From positions 33,480,001-33,544,000 of the forward strand of contig OX597824.1 in NCBI GenBank assembly GCA_951406725.2: a stretch of DNA of 64,000 nt, written 5' to 3'. Position numbers and translations under genes: made by a program. Below, piece by piece: positions 13,591 through 27,289 of this stretch (its first letter is position 1; every line of letters starts with the position of its first letter). This DNA comes from Octopus vulgaris. Lineage: Eukaryota. The notes under the pieces are model-generated. The model ran no database searches. It saw nothing but the letters and a program-made list of their open reading frames with translations, and had not been told where the DNA came from.

Positions 13591-13875
13591 TGTGAAGGAG
13601 CATGGCCTATTTATTAGGGAGTTGCATTCCCGATCGCTAGATTGTGCGATCGATTCTCGTTCATGGCGGTACGTTGTGCTCTAGGTCAAAACATTTCATT
13701 ATATGTTGTTCCAGTTCGGCTAGCTGTAAATGAGTAACCCTGTGACAGAATAACGTTTCGATAGGGAGAATGTTGGCCTGTTCGCCAAGCCATCGGGCTT
13801 GCATCATTCGAAAGCTAAAACAATGCGACCAGCGATGTATTACTACATCCGATATTGTGGTTGATACCGTGATAT
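13591..13875 (+). mobile_element. Old, diverged tRNA-derived SINE
   Basis: Degenerate head gtgaaggagcatggcc..ttaggg..gatcgattctc and a body resembling the 5' part of family C. Confidence 0.5.
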
Positions 13876-15281
13876 TACATTATACATTGGTTCCTTTCAG
13901 CCTATTTAAAAGAAGATATGTTTCATGTGAAACGTTTAAACACACACATACACATGCACGCATGCACGCACGCACGCATATATGTAAAGTGTCTTGTTGA
14001 ATGACATAAATTTGCCATCTGGTTCGGGAATCGAACCCACAAACTCGTGAGAACACGTTGACCGGTGTGCGTTGTGCTCACGATAACAGGTTTTGGGTTC
14101 GATTCCATGTAAAGATGGTGCATTGTCTCCAAGAATAGGACACTCTATTTCGCGTTGTTCTAGTTGGTACTCTGTTGAAGACGAGTACCGTCAGTAGCAG
14201 CATCAGGTGCGATTGACCTTTCGACGTTCTGAAGTACAATTCAGGAAGAGTCTTTAGGGGAAAAAATAGTGAGTTCATCCAACTCTATTTCCGCTACAAA
14301 CAGTCAGTTACTGGAAAATACAATATTTCGCTTATGAGATTTCAAAAGACTGAAATAGGTCCGTAGTTGTTATAGTGCTGCTAAGATCATACCTACTTTC
14401 CACAACACTGGTTTTCATTCTATTTTAAAATACATTTAAGGATTGTATGTATGTATGTATGTATGTATGTATGTATGTATGTATGTATTTATGTATGTAT
14501 TTATGTACGTATGTATGTACTTCCTGGATATGATTTGAAGCTGCATCCGATAGTGGCACTCTGGTTCGGGTTTTCCAACGTCTTGAAGAATGTGGAATTA
14601 CCCCTTAGCCATTATTGTTTCCAGCGCTACTCTGACCTGGACCTGTAGCACCTGTGAAGGTGCCAGCTATGTGTTAACTAGCATTTGTGATGACAACCCA
14701 TCTGAGCGCGGGGTTACAGAAATGCCCTTCGTTGCTGTCAGGACGCGCAGTAAAACCACCAGAAGTGGAGGGCTCTTAATTGTGGTCACCGCATCCTTCT
14801 AATAGAAGGACACTCTGATGTAAAACCTGCGATTTCATGTCATTATTGGTCATCTCGCTTCGGCCTATCACTAGGAAATAATCACGAAGACTCAGAGAGC
14901 AGTTCTTATGTTGCTCAAACGTTTACCACTATAACCCAGTGATGTACATGTATCTCTTTAGGGCTTATTTGTCCCTCCATCGACTGAAAGCCCTATTGCG
15001 ATGGAAGAGTGGCGATGGACGAGTGGCAGATTTAACCAGTTGGAAGCGCTAAGTAAATTACAAGTTTCGTTTGTCACCTACTCTTCAAACCATGTAAATC
15101 TGCAATGAGATTGAACAGTCATCTGAGAGGTCACAGATGGACAGTCAGAAATGCTATTAGGAGCGAAGTGGCACAAGGAGGCATCAGTCATCATGTATGT
15201 ACGTGTATGTATGTATGTATGTATGTATGTATGTATGTATGTATGTATGTACATATAAGAGAACAAAGTGTACGTACGCTG

Positions 15282-15315
<34 letters not shown>

Positions 15316-15317
<2 letters not shown>

Positions 15318-15506
15318 CGGGATGTTTACGAAAATAAACAAAATACGAAGGCAGGTGGAGTACAAATAAACAAATGTATTAGTATGGCGCTCAGGAATAG
15401 AAATAGAAAAAGTCTTTTACGTTTCGAGCCTACGCTCTTCCACAGGAAGATACACAGAAAAAAAACAAGAAGAGAAAAAAGTGCGTGTAGGAGCTAACGA
15501 TCTATC
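15316..15506 (-). mobile_element. Element E copy 2, variant hammerhead at 15413-15450
   Basis: Between (TA)n tracts; core CUGUGGA. Confidence 0.75.
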
Positions 15507-15509
15507 ATA

Positions 15510-15551
<42 letters not shown>

Positions 15552-15555
<4 letters not shown>

Positions 15556-15817
15556 AAATGGGACAAGAAGGCGAAACATTCAGATAGCCGATACAAAACA
15601 CATGGACGGGTCATTCGAAGCCTTTAATCTTCAATCAAGAACCGGATCATCCTCGCAATTTCGGTTGATTAATCTTGAGATTACTCCAATCTGGCCAGCC
15701 CCAAGGAAAAACTAAACTAAGAGCATTAGATTCCTTTGGAAAAAGCATCGAATGTATACGAAACAAGGACGGGAAAACGGACGATGTTACACGAATATAA
15801 ATACAAAAATAATACAT
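15552..15817. repeat. Element F (pLTR-like), second copy at 16718-16897
   Basis: Shared gtcattcgaagcc..tcaagaaccggatcatcctcgcaatttcgg..gattaatcttgagatt; flanked by microsatellites. Confidence 0.6.
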
Positions 15818-16039
15818 GTATGTATGTATGTATGTATGTATGTATGTATGTATGTATGTATGTATGTATGCATGTATGTATGTATGTATGCATGTATGTA
15901 TGTATGTATGTATGTATGTATGTATGTATGCATGCATGCATGTACGTATGTCTTTCCTGTAGTTAAATCATTTAAATTCTTCCTCTGAAGAAAGAGCTGG
16001 TTTCTAACAAAGATACAAAGCTCCATCTTTGGAATGTAG

Positions 16040-16545
16040 ATAATGAAGACAATGTCACATTTTAAATCTGATAAAAGTCTTGCATAGTATTTGTTATGTG
16101 CGAATAAGTTTGTTGATTTCTCTTTTTGAAAATCCAAGCTTATCCAGACTGACAGCTAGACATTTACAAAACCAAGTGCTCCAATTATTATTGGTATAAA
16201 TGTAAATTTGTTACCCGGACATAGAAGCTGGAGATACCGAAGAGCTATTCACATCAGCAGGACAGATGTCCTCCTTTTCTTTTGTGTCCCAAACAACAAT
16301 ATCCGACCAGTTATGTTTATAGTTGACAGATGTTTTGATGGGAATGTTTTACTAGTTTTCCTAGTACTGGTATTTTGTGCACGCACTCAGTAACACGAGG
16401 AGCCTCTATAATTATTCCAGGACAGTCTTACTTCCGAGTGGCATTATACATTGTTTTTGCAATAACATTATGTCGCATAGGAAGGGTGTACCCTGATGAC
16501 ATTTTTGGGCAGCTGCTAATCACATGTATGATGTCTTCCACATAA

Positions 16546-16546
<1 letters not shown>
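16040..16546 (-). mobile_element. R4/Dong-like LINE 3' fragment (CCHC motif and restriction-like endonuclease)
   Basis: EDIIHVISSCPKMSSGYTLPMRHNVIAKTMYN and IIGALGFV; homologous to 21090-22270. Confidence 0.7.
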
Positions 16547-16576
<30 letters not shown>

Positions 16577-16674
16577 TGTATGTATGTATGTATGTATGTA
16601 TGTATGTATGTATGTATGTATGTATGTATGTATGTATGTACTTACATATAAGAGAACAAAGTGTACGTACGCCG

Positions 16675-16716
<42 letters not shown>

Positions 16717-16897
16717 AAATACAAAATGGAACAAGAACGCAAAACATCCGGACAACTAGGTGATACAAAAAGGGACAACAAAACATCCAGATAGACGATA
16801 CAAAAAAAAAACACGAACGGGTCATTCGAAGCCTTTTATTTTCAGTCAAGAACCGGATCATCCTCGCAATTTCGGCTGATTAATCTTGAGATTGCTC

Positions 16898-17140
<243 letters not shown>

Positions 17141-17144
17141 AAAT

Positions 17145-17700
17145 CAGTGTAAACCTAAAAAGAGGTTTAAGGACTGCACAAGCACTAACATGAAGTCACT
17201 TGGAATGGATTCAAAGGTCATAGAAACCCTCGCTTCGGATCGAACTGGATAGCTAACAAAAGTGTGGAGTGGAGTGAAAGCTTTTGAAGAGGCCCAAGAT
17301 GATCCAAGCAAGATTCAAGCGAAATTTAAAGAAGAGGGTTAATCTCAATTTGTGACCGACTATGCCTGTCTTTTGCTGAGCTCAAATCTCATTTGCGGAC
17401 CCATGAAAACGGACCTCCACCAACTACTCTGCCTATATATCTGTACATATCTGTCCTTGCTGTGTATGCTATAAGGTCTGCAAATCTAACGGAAGCCTCA
17501 GAAGACATTTTAAGATTCACAAAGATCAGAATTTATCTGCAGCTCTTGGTGGTCCAAACCAGATATGCAATCTATATGCGTGTCTTTTCAAAATATTGTC
17601 TGGTTAAAAAAGCTATATCAGATGTCATGATAGGCCTAAGGTTTAAGGACAAGAGGTGGTCAAACTGTGCATAAGGAGTGGACAACTACCACCACCACGA
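17145..17700 (+). mobile_element. RTE (BovB-like) LINE 3' fragment
   Basis: KPKKRFKD..MKSLGMDSKVIETLASDRTG*LTKVWSGVKAFEE followed by a C2H2 finger CVCYKVCKSNGSLRRHFKIH. Confidence 0.7.
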
Positions 17701-17854
17701 CCATGTATGTATCTATGTATGATTGTATGTTTCTATGTATATGTATGCATGTATATCTGTGTTTGTTTGCACGTATGTATGTATGTATGTATGTATGTAT
17801 GTATGTATGTATGTATGTATGTATGTATGTATGTATGTATGTATGTATGTATGT

Positions 17855-18400
17855 CAGGTCACTTTCGAGTGCTACTGGTAACATGTAACCCATTACTACC
17901 TGTTGCATGGTCGGGTCGTCGGCGACTAAACCGGCAACCCCACCAAGCTCGCTTGGTGAGGAGGGTGTTTATTGGTCACCCTGCGGGATGAAAAATAAAA
18001 CCCGTCAAAGGGCGGAGGAACTATTGAGAGTCAACGGCCATTCAATAAATGTCTTAAAGCTGTATCATGCGCGGGGACATAGAAATAATCGGACTGAATA
18101 CCCGATCGCGCAGTTAAACCATTGGGAGTGAAGGACTCCTAGCCTTTGTCAGGGCATCCTTCTAGGAGAAGGCAACTCAGGTAACTGGGATAACTCCGTC
18201 ATAAAACCTGCGGCTCAGTGGTTACCGATGATGTTGACTTGTTCTTCTTTTCGGATTATGGCTGCTGTTGCTTAGTGAGTGGGATTGACTCAGTGCACAG
18301 CCTTTCCTCACTTTAAAAAAATATGCACAGGCATTGCACGATAACAACATTGATTAAGCTTCGTGCAATGGCCATACTCGATAACGAGGGGGCAGCCACC
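17855..18400 (+). mobile_element. Probable RTE-type LINE 5' region fragment
   Basis: Contains gggcatccttctaggagaaggcaactc, resembling RTE 5'UTR motifs; GC-rich and bounded by (TATG)n. Confidence 0.4.
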
Positions 18401-18402
18401 AT

Positions 18403-18424
18403 GCATGTATGTATGTATGTATGC

Positions 18425-18457
<33 letters not shown>

Positions 18458-18625
18458 TGTATGTATGTATGTATGTATTTAGGTAGGTAGGTAGGTTGGT
18501 AGGTAGGTAGGTAGGTAGGTAGGTAGGTAGGTATGTAGGTAGGTAGGTAGGCAGGTAGGTAGGTAGGTAGGTAGGTAGGTAGGTAGGTAGGTAGGTAGGT
18601 AGGTAGGTAGGTAGGTAGGTAGGTG
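18403..18625. repeat. Compound microsatellite (TATG)n(TAGG)n
   Basis: Directly visible. Confidence 0.95.
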
Positions 18626-18647
18626 TATGTAAGTCTTGTCCAGACTA

Positions 18648-18810
18648 TGACATTAAACTGCATCCCGTGGTGAGGCTCCAGTTTGAGAATTCATGAGTTG
18701 TGGGGAGAATGGAATCACCTCCTAATTATTATTACTCCCCAGTCCGTTCTGACCCGGAACAGAACAACAGTACCAGTCAGGGTCTCACCTATGGATTAAA
18801 CAGATTTCCC
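18648..18810 (+). repeat. Dispersed repeat G (other copies at about 14527-14680 and 27035-27190)
   Basis: Shared actgcatcc..ggtgaggctccagt...gtccgttctgacccggaacag..tcagggtctc..ctatgg.ttaaa. Confidence 0.6.
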
Positions 18811-19213
18811 AGGGGCTGAGGATGCTCCCGTTGCTTTTGACAAATCCACGAGGAAGGCAATCCTTTTAGGAAAAAGATACTCGGACATAACACTTGCAGT
18901 CAAAATAGTTATTAGTCATCTTGCGATGCTTGTCGCCGGGATCTACTATGGCGACCGAGTGGCCAAAGTGTTGTACAAGCTTTTGTCACTTAAATCAAAT
19001 GATGTACAAGTTTCTCACTTATACATTTATTGTGAGAGGGCTAACATCTGTCAAGTATGTATGTATGTATGTATGTATGTATGTATGTATGTATGTATGT
19101 ATGTATGTATGTATGTATGTATGTATGTATGTATGTATGTTTGCACGCGTGTGTATGCATGATGTAAGTATGTAGGTATGCATGTATGAATGTATGTCTG
19201 CATGTGTATATCA

Positions 19214-19245
<32 letters not shown>

Positions 19246-19246
<1 letters not shown>

Positions 19247-19450
19247 AGTAGAAAAGTGTGAAAAAACTACAGAAAGCTTGTTTTATAAGGTTAAAGAATA
19301 TATTTAAGTCGTAATGTTAGAAAAATGTTATAAGATTTTGTGTATAGTAACAGTTTTTGGAGAAATAACATTATTCTAACATAACGACTTAAATATATTC
19401 TTTAACCTTATAAAACAAGCCTTCTGTAGTTTTTTCACTCTTTTCTATTT
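19246..19450. repeat. Inverted repeat (about 85-bp arms, about 33-bp spacer) between (TA)n tracts
   Basis: cttgttttataaggttaaagaatatatttaagtcg versus cgacttaaatatattctttaaccttataaaacaag. Confidence 0.85.
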
Positions 19451-19496
19451 TTTATACATCTAACCACGTGCTTTCACACACCAACTTTTTCACCTA

Positions 19497-19581
<85 letters not shown>

Positions 19582-19764
19582 CATATATATATGCATATAT
19601 ATATATACATATTAGTAATATAATAAGAGTAAATAATAGCTTTAATGGTTTTTAAAAACCAACAATTATTTACTGGTAGATTACGGCATGTAAATATAAC
19701 CATTAACGGTAGGAACTTCTATGAAAGTTCAATATATATTTTGTATATAAATAAAAAAGGCAGG

Positions 19765-19823
<59 letters not shown>

Positions 19824-20042
19824 CATATATTCATACATATATATACATTCACATATATATACATATATACAATATATATATATATATATATACATACATA
19901 CATATATATACACATATATATACACTCACATATATATATACATACACCCACACGCACACACACCCACACGCACACACACCCACACATGCATTTTTATATG
20001 TATGTATGTGTGTATGTATATGAATACGTTTGTATGCATGCA

Positions 20043-20076
<34 letters not shown>

Positions 20077-20303
20077 TGTGTGTGTGTTATGCATGTACGC
20101 ATTTTCCTATGTATGTGTGTATCTATGTACGTACGTGAGTCAGATCCAGTACTGACTCATTTACAAAAGAAGCTGCTAGTTTCTAATCACGTGCTGGTTT
20201 ATTATCAAGTGTCGGACATTTTGTCGTTCTTACAAAGACTTGTTATATATAATCAACCTCAACGTTTAATACAAGTTTTACGCGTTACTCGACCCACCTC
20301 ACA

Positions 20304-20357
<54 letters not shown>

Positions 20358-20483
20358 ATGTGTCTGAGTGTATATGTGCTTGTAACAATGTATGCACGTA
20401 TGTATGTGTGCATATGTTTCTAAGTCCGTCTGTGATATGTGATGAGTAATTATTAATGATTATTAAATAAAAACGACTACATA

Positions 20484-20526
<43 letters not shown>

Positions 20527-21089
20527 GCGCGCGCACATACATATATATATTATATATACACACACATACACACAAACACACACAAACAGGTAAACAACAC
20601 AGACATATACATACACACATACATAAATACATACATACATACATACATACATACATACATACATACATACGTGGTATCTATATTCGAACAATGGAGCTTT
20701 GTATCTTTGTTAGCAACGACACTTCTCTGTCAAGAAGAGTTCAAATAACTAAAAGTAAGAACATACATATATACATGCATGCATGCATACATACATACAT
20801 ACATACATGCATACATACATACATACATGCATACGTACATACATGCATACGTACGAACGTACATACATACATACATACATACATACATACATACATACAT
20901 ACATAAATACATACACACTCATTCATACCTGCCTACCTACCTACATACATACATACATACATACATACATACATTCATAACTACATACATACATACATAT
21001 GCAAAAAATATGCATGAGATGAAAAAGAGCCTTGACCTACTTACACATACGAAACAGTGGCCCACAATGTGTTTGCAGTGTCAGTACTC

Positions 21090-22270
21090 ATTCATACCAA
21101 AATTTTAGGCTGCAATCCGATCCATTGATGCGAAATCCGAACAATACTAACACGCACACATAATTTCCACGTCAACAGTGACGTAGACCGCCTCCACCTA
21201 AAACGAAAACAAGGCAACAGAGGCTTAACATCGATCCAAAATACCTTTGAATGTCGTATCATATCCCTTCGGCAACATCTTTTAACCACCAAGTGTCAAA
21301 GTCCATCCCTTGACCAAGTTTGCATACATGAGGCTGATACCATCATAAGACTTGGAAGGTAGCTCCTTGAGCAACATTCTTTGTCTGATAACCTAGAATG
21401 CATGCCCAAACAAGTCGCATGACTTTACCGCAACGTATCATCAGATGATAGGATGAGCCTATATGAGCAGAAGATTATGCAAAGATATGTCAGTAGAAAG
21501 CTCCAAGATGATAGTAACATTGAACATCAAAGCAGTTTATCATAGACCAATAACCGTATTAGTACCTCTCACTTTGAAGGGTATGCGTTCGCCATCCAGG
21601 AATAGGAAATATCAACCAATAGCTACTGCACAAAAGTGATAGAGACGTAGGAAAAGCAGTAAAATATGACAACCGCTGCAGACTTTGTGGAGCTAACACC
21701 GAAGATATCACCCACATCATAAGCAGTTTTCCGAAAATGTCATCACGGTATTATCTACTGATGAGACATGATGTTGTAGCTAAGACACTCTATAATGAAA
21801 TCCGCTGGAAAGATAAGCCCGAGGACAAAGAAATAAGAAACCACAGTATGGTAGAAGCCATAGCCATTCATAATAAAAAGGAGTACTGGTAGAATGTCCC
21901 ACTAAAGACCTCAATAAAATGTAAGCACAACAGACCTGATATAATGATTTGGGACAGAAAAGAGAAACTGTGTACTGTTGTGGAAATTAGATGCTCAGCG
22001 GTTGTTAACATAAAGCTGAAGATCAGTGAAAAAGAGAATACCTACGCTGAACTATTGAGAAATCTGCAGTTACTCTATCCAGATAACAAGTTTAAGTTTA
22101 TACCTGTAATTATTGGGGCCCTGGGATATGTAACACACTGCCTAAGTACCAACCTTGAGAAATTAGGTTTCTCAAAACCAGAAAGGAAAAAGCTAAGTCG
22201 AAGACTACTGATCCAGTCCATCACTGGAACTGTAAAAATATGTAAAACTTTCCAGGAGTTTAGCATTTAA
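21090..22270 (+). mobile_element. R4/Dong-like non-LTR retrotransposon, 5'-truncated and decayed
   Basis: HVNSDVDRLHLKRKQGNRGL, CRLCGANTEDITHIISS..RHDVVAK, HNRPDIMIWD..VVEI (PD..E/D restriction-like endonuclease), IIGALG; several stops; flanked by (TACA)n. Confidence 0.85.
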
Positions 22271-22545
22271 ATACATATGAGCATGTCTAGATATGCAAAT
22301 GTATGCATGAGAATACACACATAAAGCAAAGCATACAAATCTGCACATATATATACATACATACATACAAACATACAAAATTATATATACACACTAACAT
22401 CCTTATATATATACATACATGCATACACATACACATGTAGATACAGACATACACAGATACACACATAATACGCTCACAAATACTCACGTACATACACACA
22501 CATAGATTCATAAATACATACATGCATAATTATAGAAACACACAT

Positions 22546-22606
<61 letters not shown>

Positions 22607-22759
22607 CATGCATACACATATATATACATACATACATACACACACATATGCATGCACACTTACATCCATACATATATACATACTTATGCACACATACACA
22701 TACATACATACATACATACATACATGCATGCATGCATGCATAAATACATACATACATAA

Positions 22760-23250
22760 GATATTTGAAAGATCAGAATATCCGAGAAAACCGACCAACG
22801 GTACGAACAGGAAGGAAATGGAAATCGGACAGTGCAATCGGAAAGCTAAGGCATGCCGATATAGTCGGAGCGACGCAAGAAGCAAGAGCCAGTCTAGGAT
22901 TGTACCATTTTGCGTGAGCAGTGTAAAAGAGAGTGAGAAAGGAGGGAAAAGGAAGGCAAAATGATCAAGACTGCCTTCGACGTTTTGCATTCACCGGCCA
23001 ATTTAGTCCAGTGTAAAGCGACTGATGAATGTAGATGCGGAGAGAAATCGACGGTAAGACATGTTCTGTCAAACTGCAGGCTAGCACTAGACAGATATAC
23101 CTGGCGTCACAATCAAGTCCTCAATGTCATAAGTGCATCGCTCAAGAAGACCGAGGGATATAATAGGGGAGAGTACCCAAAAGTGGAAAAGCACAGAAGG
23201 ATATACTTCCAGAATGAAGGAAAGGACATAAGACCAGGCCAGCTTGTCGG
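22760..23250 (+). mobile_element. Hero-clade (R2 group) LINE fragment
   Basis: LRHADIVGATQEARASLGL and DVLHSPANL..CRCGEKSTVRHVLSNCRLALDRYTWRHNQVL. Confidence 0.7.
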
Positions 23251-23607
23251 CTCTGAGAACTACGTAAACGATATGCATGTCTGTGGAGTACTCAGTCACT
23301 TGCGAGTTAATTTTATCCTCGTGTTGTAAGGAAAAGTGAAAGCGACATCCAATATTTGCTGTGTCTATGTATCTATGTATCAACTTTTCTTTGGATCTTT
23401 GTATCTTCTGTGTCTCTCACTTCCTCTGTGTCCCTCCTCTCTCCCGTTTTTAATTTAACAATGTGTGTACGTATCTATGTATCAACTTTTCTTTCGATCT
23501 ATGTGTCTACTTTTGCGATATGATAAACATTTAAAAACACAAAACGAACACCATCACCACTCAATGTCTCTTTAACTCTCTCTCACACTCTCTCTCGCTT
23601 TCTCTCT

Positions 23608-23644
<37 letters not shown>

Positions 23645-23737
23645 CCTTACTTCCTCTCTGAAACATTTAAAAACACAAAACGAACGCCGTCACCACTCAC
23701 TGTCCCTTTCACTCTCTCTCTCTTTCTTTCCCTCTCA

Positions 23738-23769
<32 letters not shown>

Positions 23770-23855
23770 CTTTGCCACTCACTTCTTCCTTTAATGTAAG
23801 TGTAACACACACCACAGGTACGTACAAAAACAGATAAAACTAAGCGTATTAATAG

Positions 23856-24860
23856 TGTTATGGGGGTCAATTCAGGGACAGTGTTTGCGACCGACTTTTT
23901 GTGAGCTGGCGTCAAGCAGGCGAGTAAATCCTTTGTTCCGTCAGATTCTGGGGAGAGTGATGAGTTTTGAGGAGACCTTTGGCCTTGTTCCGGTCAAGGA
24001 AAGTTCGAGGAAGCTACCCTATAAAAAAGCAGGAGCTGTGAGTCTGTGGACAGTCGGCCGGCAGTTCTGGCCAGAGACGGGACTGATACGACGGCGGTCA
24101 GTTGAGAAAGACAGACAGACAATGTGAGGGATGACAAGCGAGAGAATGACAGTGAATGTGAAAGAGGAAGACAGGCAGATAAGATTACGGCGAGAGGCAA
24201 CGACAACGTGGAGAAGGACATACACATAGGATTAAGGAGCTAATAGAGAGGGACTAAGGTATGAGGGCACTGGCTATTGTGTAACGGTATATGTTTATTT
24301 ATGTTTTGATATGTGAAAAAAGAAGGAAAAAGAATTGTTGAAATGTAAAAGAATTGATGTGTTGAAAAAAAAGAGAAAGAAGGAAAGAGGAAAAGAAAGA
24401 GCTGTGTAAATAGTTGTTGAAAAGAAAGAAAGAAGGAGAAAGACTCTAATGTATTGAACTGTATCGTTAATGTGAACGTTATTTGTTTTAAATTGATCTG
24501 AACATTAATGGAACTCTGAACTGTATATTGTATCTGCATGCTTTAATTTGTTGTTTTCTTGCTTTCTTGCGCGTATTTTCTTTGATGTATTTGATGTAAT
24601 AATTGTTATAAACTATTGTTCTTAAATGTAAGCTACTGCCTTCTGCCGTGTCTCTGTATCTCTTCCTGCTGTTGTTTGTTGTTGTTGTTATCTCCGGTCG
24701 CCAGTCCTGCCGGGTTCGCTGCCGCCTTCCCCCAACGAATTCTCTCTCTGAGTCCGTGGCGAGTTCACCGATCGATCGGGCCGGTAAATCGTCGTCGCTC
24801 GACTTGGTAGGGTCCCGGGTTTTCCGAAGAGTTTGAGCGACGGCAGGTGATTTCGTAACA
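23856..24860 (+). mobile_element. Probable solo LTR (about 1 kb)
   Basis: Termini TGTTA...TAACA, flanks atag/atat (imperfect 4-bp TSD), TATAAAA near 24020, GC-rich relative to surroundings. Confidence 0.55.
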
Positions 24861-24904
24861 ATATTATAGAGAAGGTCAACCGAAAATAGGTTTGGTTTCT
24901 AAAT

Positions 24905-25635
24905 TAATGGTTCTTGATTGGAGTCCATATACGACTCGGGGGTGGGGTCCATGCAAGCAAAATAGTAAATTAGGGACCCTCAGTACTGAATTAGGGGTCC
25001 GTGAAAAAGTTTTGCTTTAGACATATTTATTGCGAGAAACAGCTAGATTTCTTTCTCGAATGTTCTACATAGTTCAACCTACACATCTTAATCTTTGAAA
25101 AACAAAATAGTAAGTTTGAAAGAAGTATTTATAAAACCTTTTTGAACATCGAATGGCGATGGGGATCCGCCAGAACAGAATAATAGTCAAAGAGGTCCTC
25201 TTTACTCTCTCTTTTACTTGTTTCAGTCATTTGACCGCGGCCATGCTGGAGCACCGCCTTTAATCGAGCAACTCGACCCCGGACTTATTCTTTTGTAAGC
25301 CCAGTACTTATTCTATCGGTCTCTTTTGCCGAACCGCTAAGTTACGGGGACATAAACACACCAGCATCGGTTGTCAAGCAATGCTAGGGGGACAAACACA
25401 GACATACAAATACACACACGAATATATATACATATATACATATATACGACGGGCTTCTTTCAGTTTCCGTCTACCAAATCCACTCACAAGGCTTTGGTTG
25501 GCCCGAGGCTATAGTAGAAGACACTTGCCCAAGGTGCCACGCAGTGGGACTGAACCCAGAACCATGTGGTTGGTAAACAAGCTACTTACCACACAGCCAC
25601 TCCTGCGCCTATAGATAAAAAAAATGATTGAGGAT
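24905..25635. mobile_element. Decayed hAT-like MITE interrupted by a SINE
   Basis: Repeated ggggtcc motifs and degenerate tggttct../..ttgag ends, with SINE A inserted at 25198-25609. Confidence 0.35.
25198..25609 (-). mobile_element. SINE family A, full length
   Basis: Near-identical to 6112-6516. Confidence 0.9.
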
Positions 25636-25681
25636 GAAATCACTTCACTCAACAAACAAAAAATGCCAAATCAATATGTTG

Positions 25682-26121
25682 GGATCTTTTCGGTTTGACC
25701 GGCAGTTTCTTAAAATAATCTCCACGTAACTAAACACTTTTAAACTTCGTATACTGGTAGAATGTATTTATAAAACATCTTTTTCTCTTGACTTTATTGA
25801 GAAAAGTCTATAGTTTGTAAGATATTTGTTGCTGTTTTTCTTCAAATTCTGCAATTTCAACCAATCAATGACATCTATTGAGGTAAAAAAAAAACATTTT
25901 GTGCCGTATGAATATGTCCCTCGTTTAAGAAACAGATTTGGTTTATTTACATTTCTGAAGAAAAAAAGATACCCTTCCCCCCACCCTTAACCCTAACCCT
26001 AACTTTAACCTTAACCCTAAAACAGATTGAAATGCAATAGATCGATACTAGGGTCATAATTATGGGTGACAATTTCAAATGACACCGCTAGAAAAAACTG
26101 CCGGTCAAACCGAAAAGATCC
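25682..26121. mobile_element. Non-autonomous DNA transposon (MITE) with internal (CCCTAA)n
   Basis: TIR ggatcttttcggtttgaccggcagttt; 8-bp TSD ATATGTTG (25674-25681, 26122-26129); same family as 44320-44765. Confidence 0.9.
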
Positions 26122-26146
26122 ATATGTTGTTGCTAATTGTGATAGT

Positions 26147-26310
26147 GGTACCGGTCGCCGTCGAGACCTCAGATTTTCTCAGACCCCGCACCGCCGATTT
26201 CCTCCACAAAATCGGAATAATTGTGGCTCCTCTGAGAAATGAGCCCCGCGAGGTGGGATGACTGCCGGCCATTCTCTGCGGTAACGCCTTTGCATCCTCA
26301 CCCCCAAAAT
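26147..26310 (+). mobile_element. CRE-clade LINE 3' fragment
   Basis: VPVAVETSDFLRPRTADFLHKIG...EPREVG*L..AILCGNA resembles the CRE C-terminal P.A.ET.G...RE...QR.S.A..RGNA pattern. Confidence 0.55.
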
Positions 26311-26690
26311 CTTCTGCTGCTTAATGACCCTCACCTTTTTTTTCTTTGCTTTCTTGGTGGGGTTTTTTTTTTCGATAATTTGATCTTTCATACTTTTAAA
26401 TGTTTTTTTTCTTTCTTTTTTTCCTGTAAAAATATGTGAATAATAAATTCGCAATATATTACAAAATAGGATCTGTCGAAATATTGTTCGATTCGTTCAG
26501 ATCAATAGACAAAGTCAATCTCTATTTATTGCCATAATATAAAAACGCCACCGAAAATGTGTTGAAGCGTCTAGATGAATACAAAATCACTTCACTCAGT
26601 AAACAAAAACTACCAGATCAATATATACTGTTGCGAATGAGAGGGAGGTTAAATATCAAGTAATACTATACATATTTCCTTATTTGTCTA

Positions 26691-26850
26691 TAGGAGTAGA
26701 AAGTCGTTAGCTTCTCGACCACATGGTTCCGGGTTCAGTCCCACAGCATGCCACGTGGGCTAAGTGTTTTATGATATAGCCTTGGGCTGACTAAATCGTT
26801 GGGAGTGGATTTGGTTGACGGAAAGTGAAAGAAGCCCGTCGTATACGACA
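26691..26850 (+). mobile_element. SINE family A, 5' half, diverged
   Basis: ccacatggttccgggttcagtccca...gaaagaagcccgtcgta. Confidence 0.7.
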
Positions 26851-26870
26851 TAGATGTGTGTGAGTGCATG

Positions 26871-26923
<53 letters not shown>

Positions 26924-27289
26924 ATGTGTGTGTGTGTGAAAAATGTATAAAGAAACGACGTAGCGTATACTGAATGTAAAAACGAACGGAAGACAAACAG
27001 AAGGTCCGTAATCCTTCATTAGTTATCGACTAATGTATGTACCCGGTGGTAAGGCTCCAGTTCAGAGTCCGGGTGTTATGAGGAGAATGGTGATACCGAG
27101 TCACCCTTTAATTACCTCTACTTTCCGGTCCGTTCTGACTCGGAACAGTAGAACCTGTCAGGGTCTCGTCTATGGGTTAAATAAATATCCCAGGAGTAGC
27201 AGGAGGCTAAGAAAACTGTAAGGAAGGCATCTATTTTATGTCAGGATAAACTACCTGCATCAACTTCCTATAAGAGCAGGTAGTAATTT

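Noticed and set aside
15600-15710. Hammerhead in element F
   Set aside because: GGCUG/CAGCC-GAAA and UGAAGA fragments exist on the minus strand, but no single fold has a core plus three stems.
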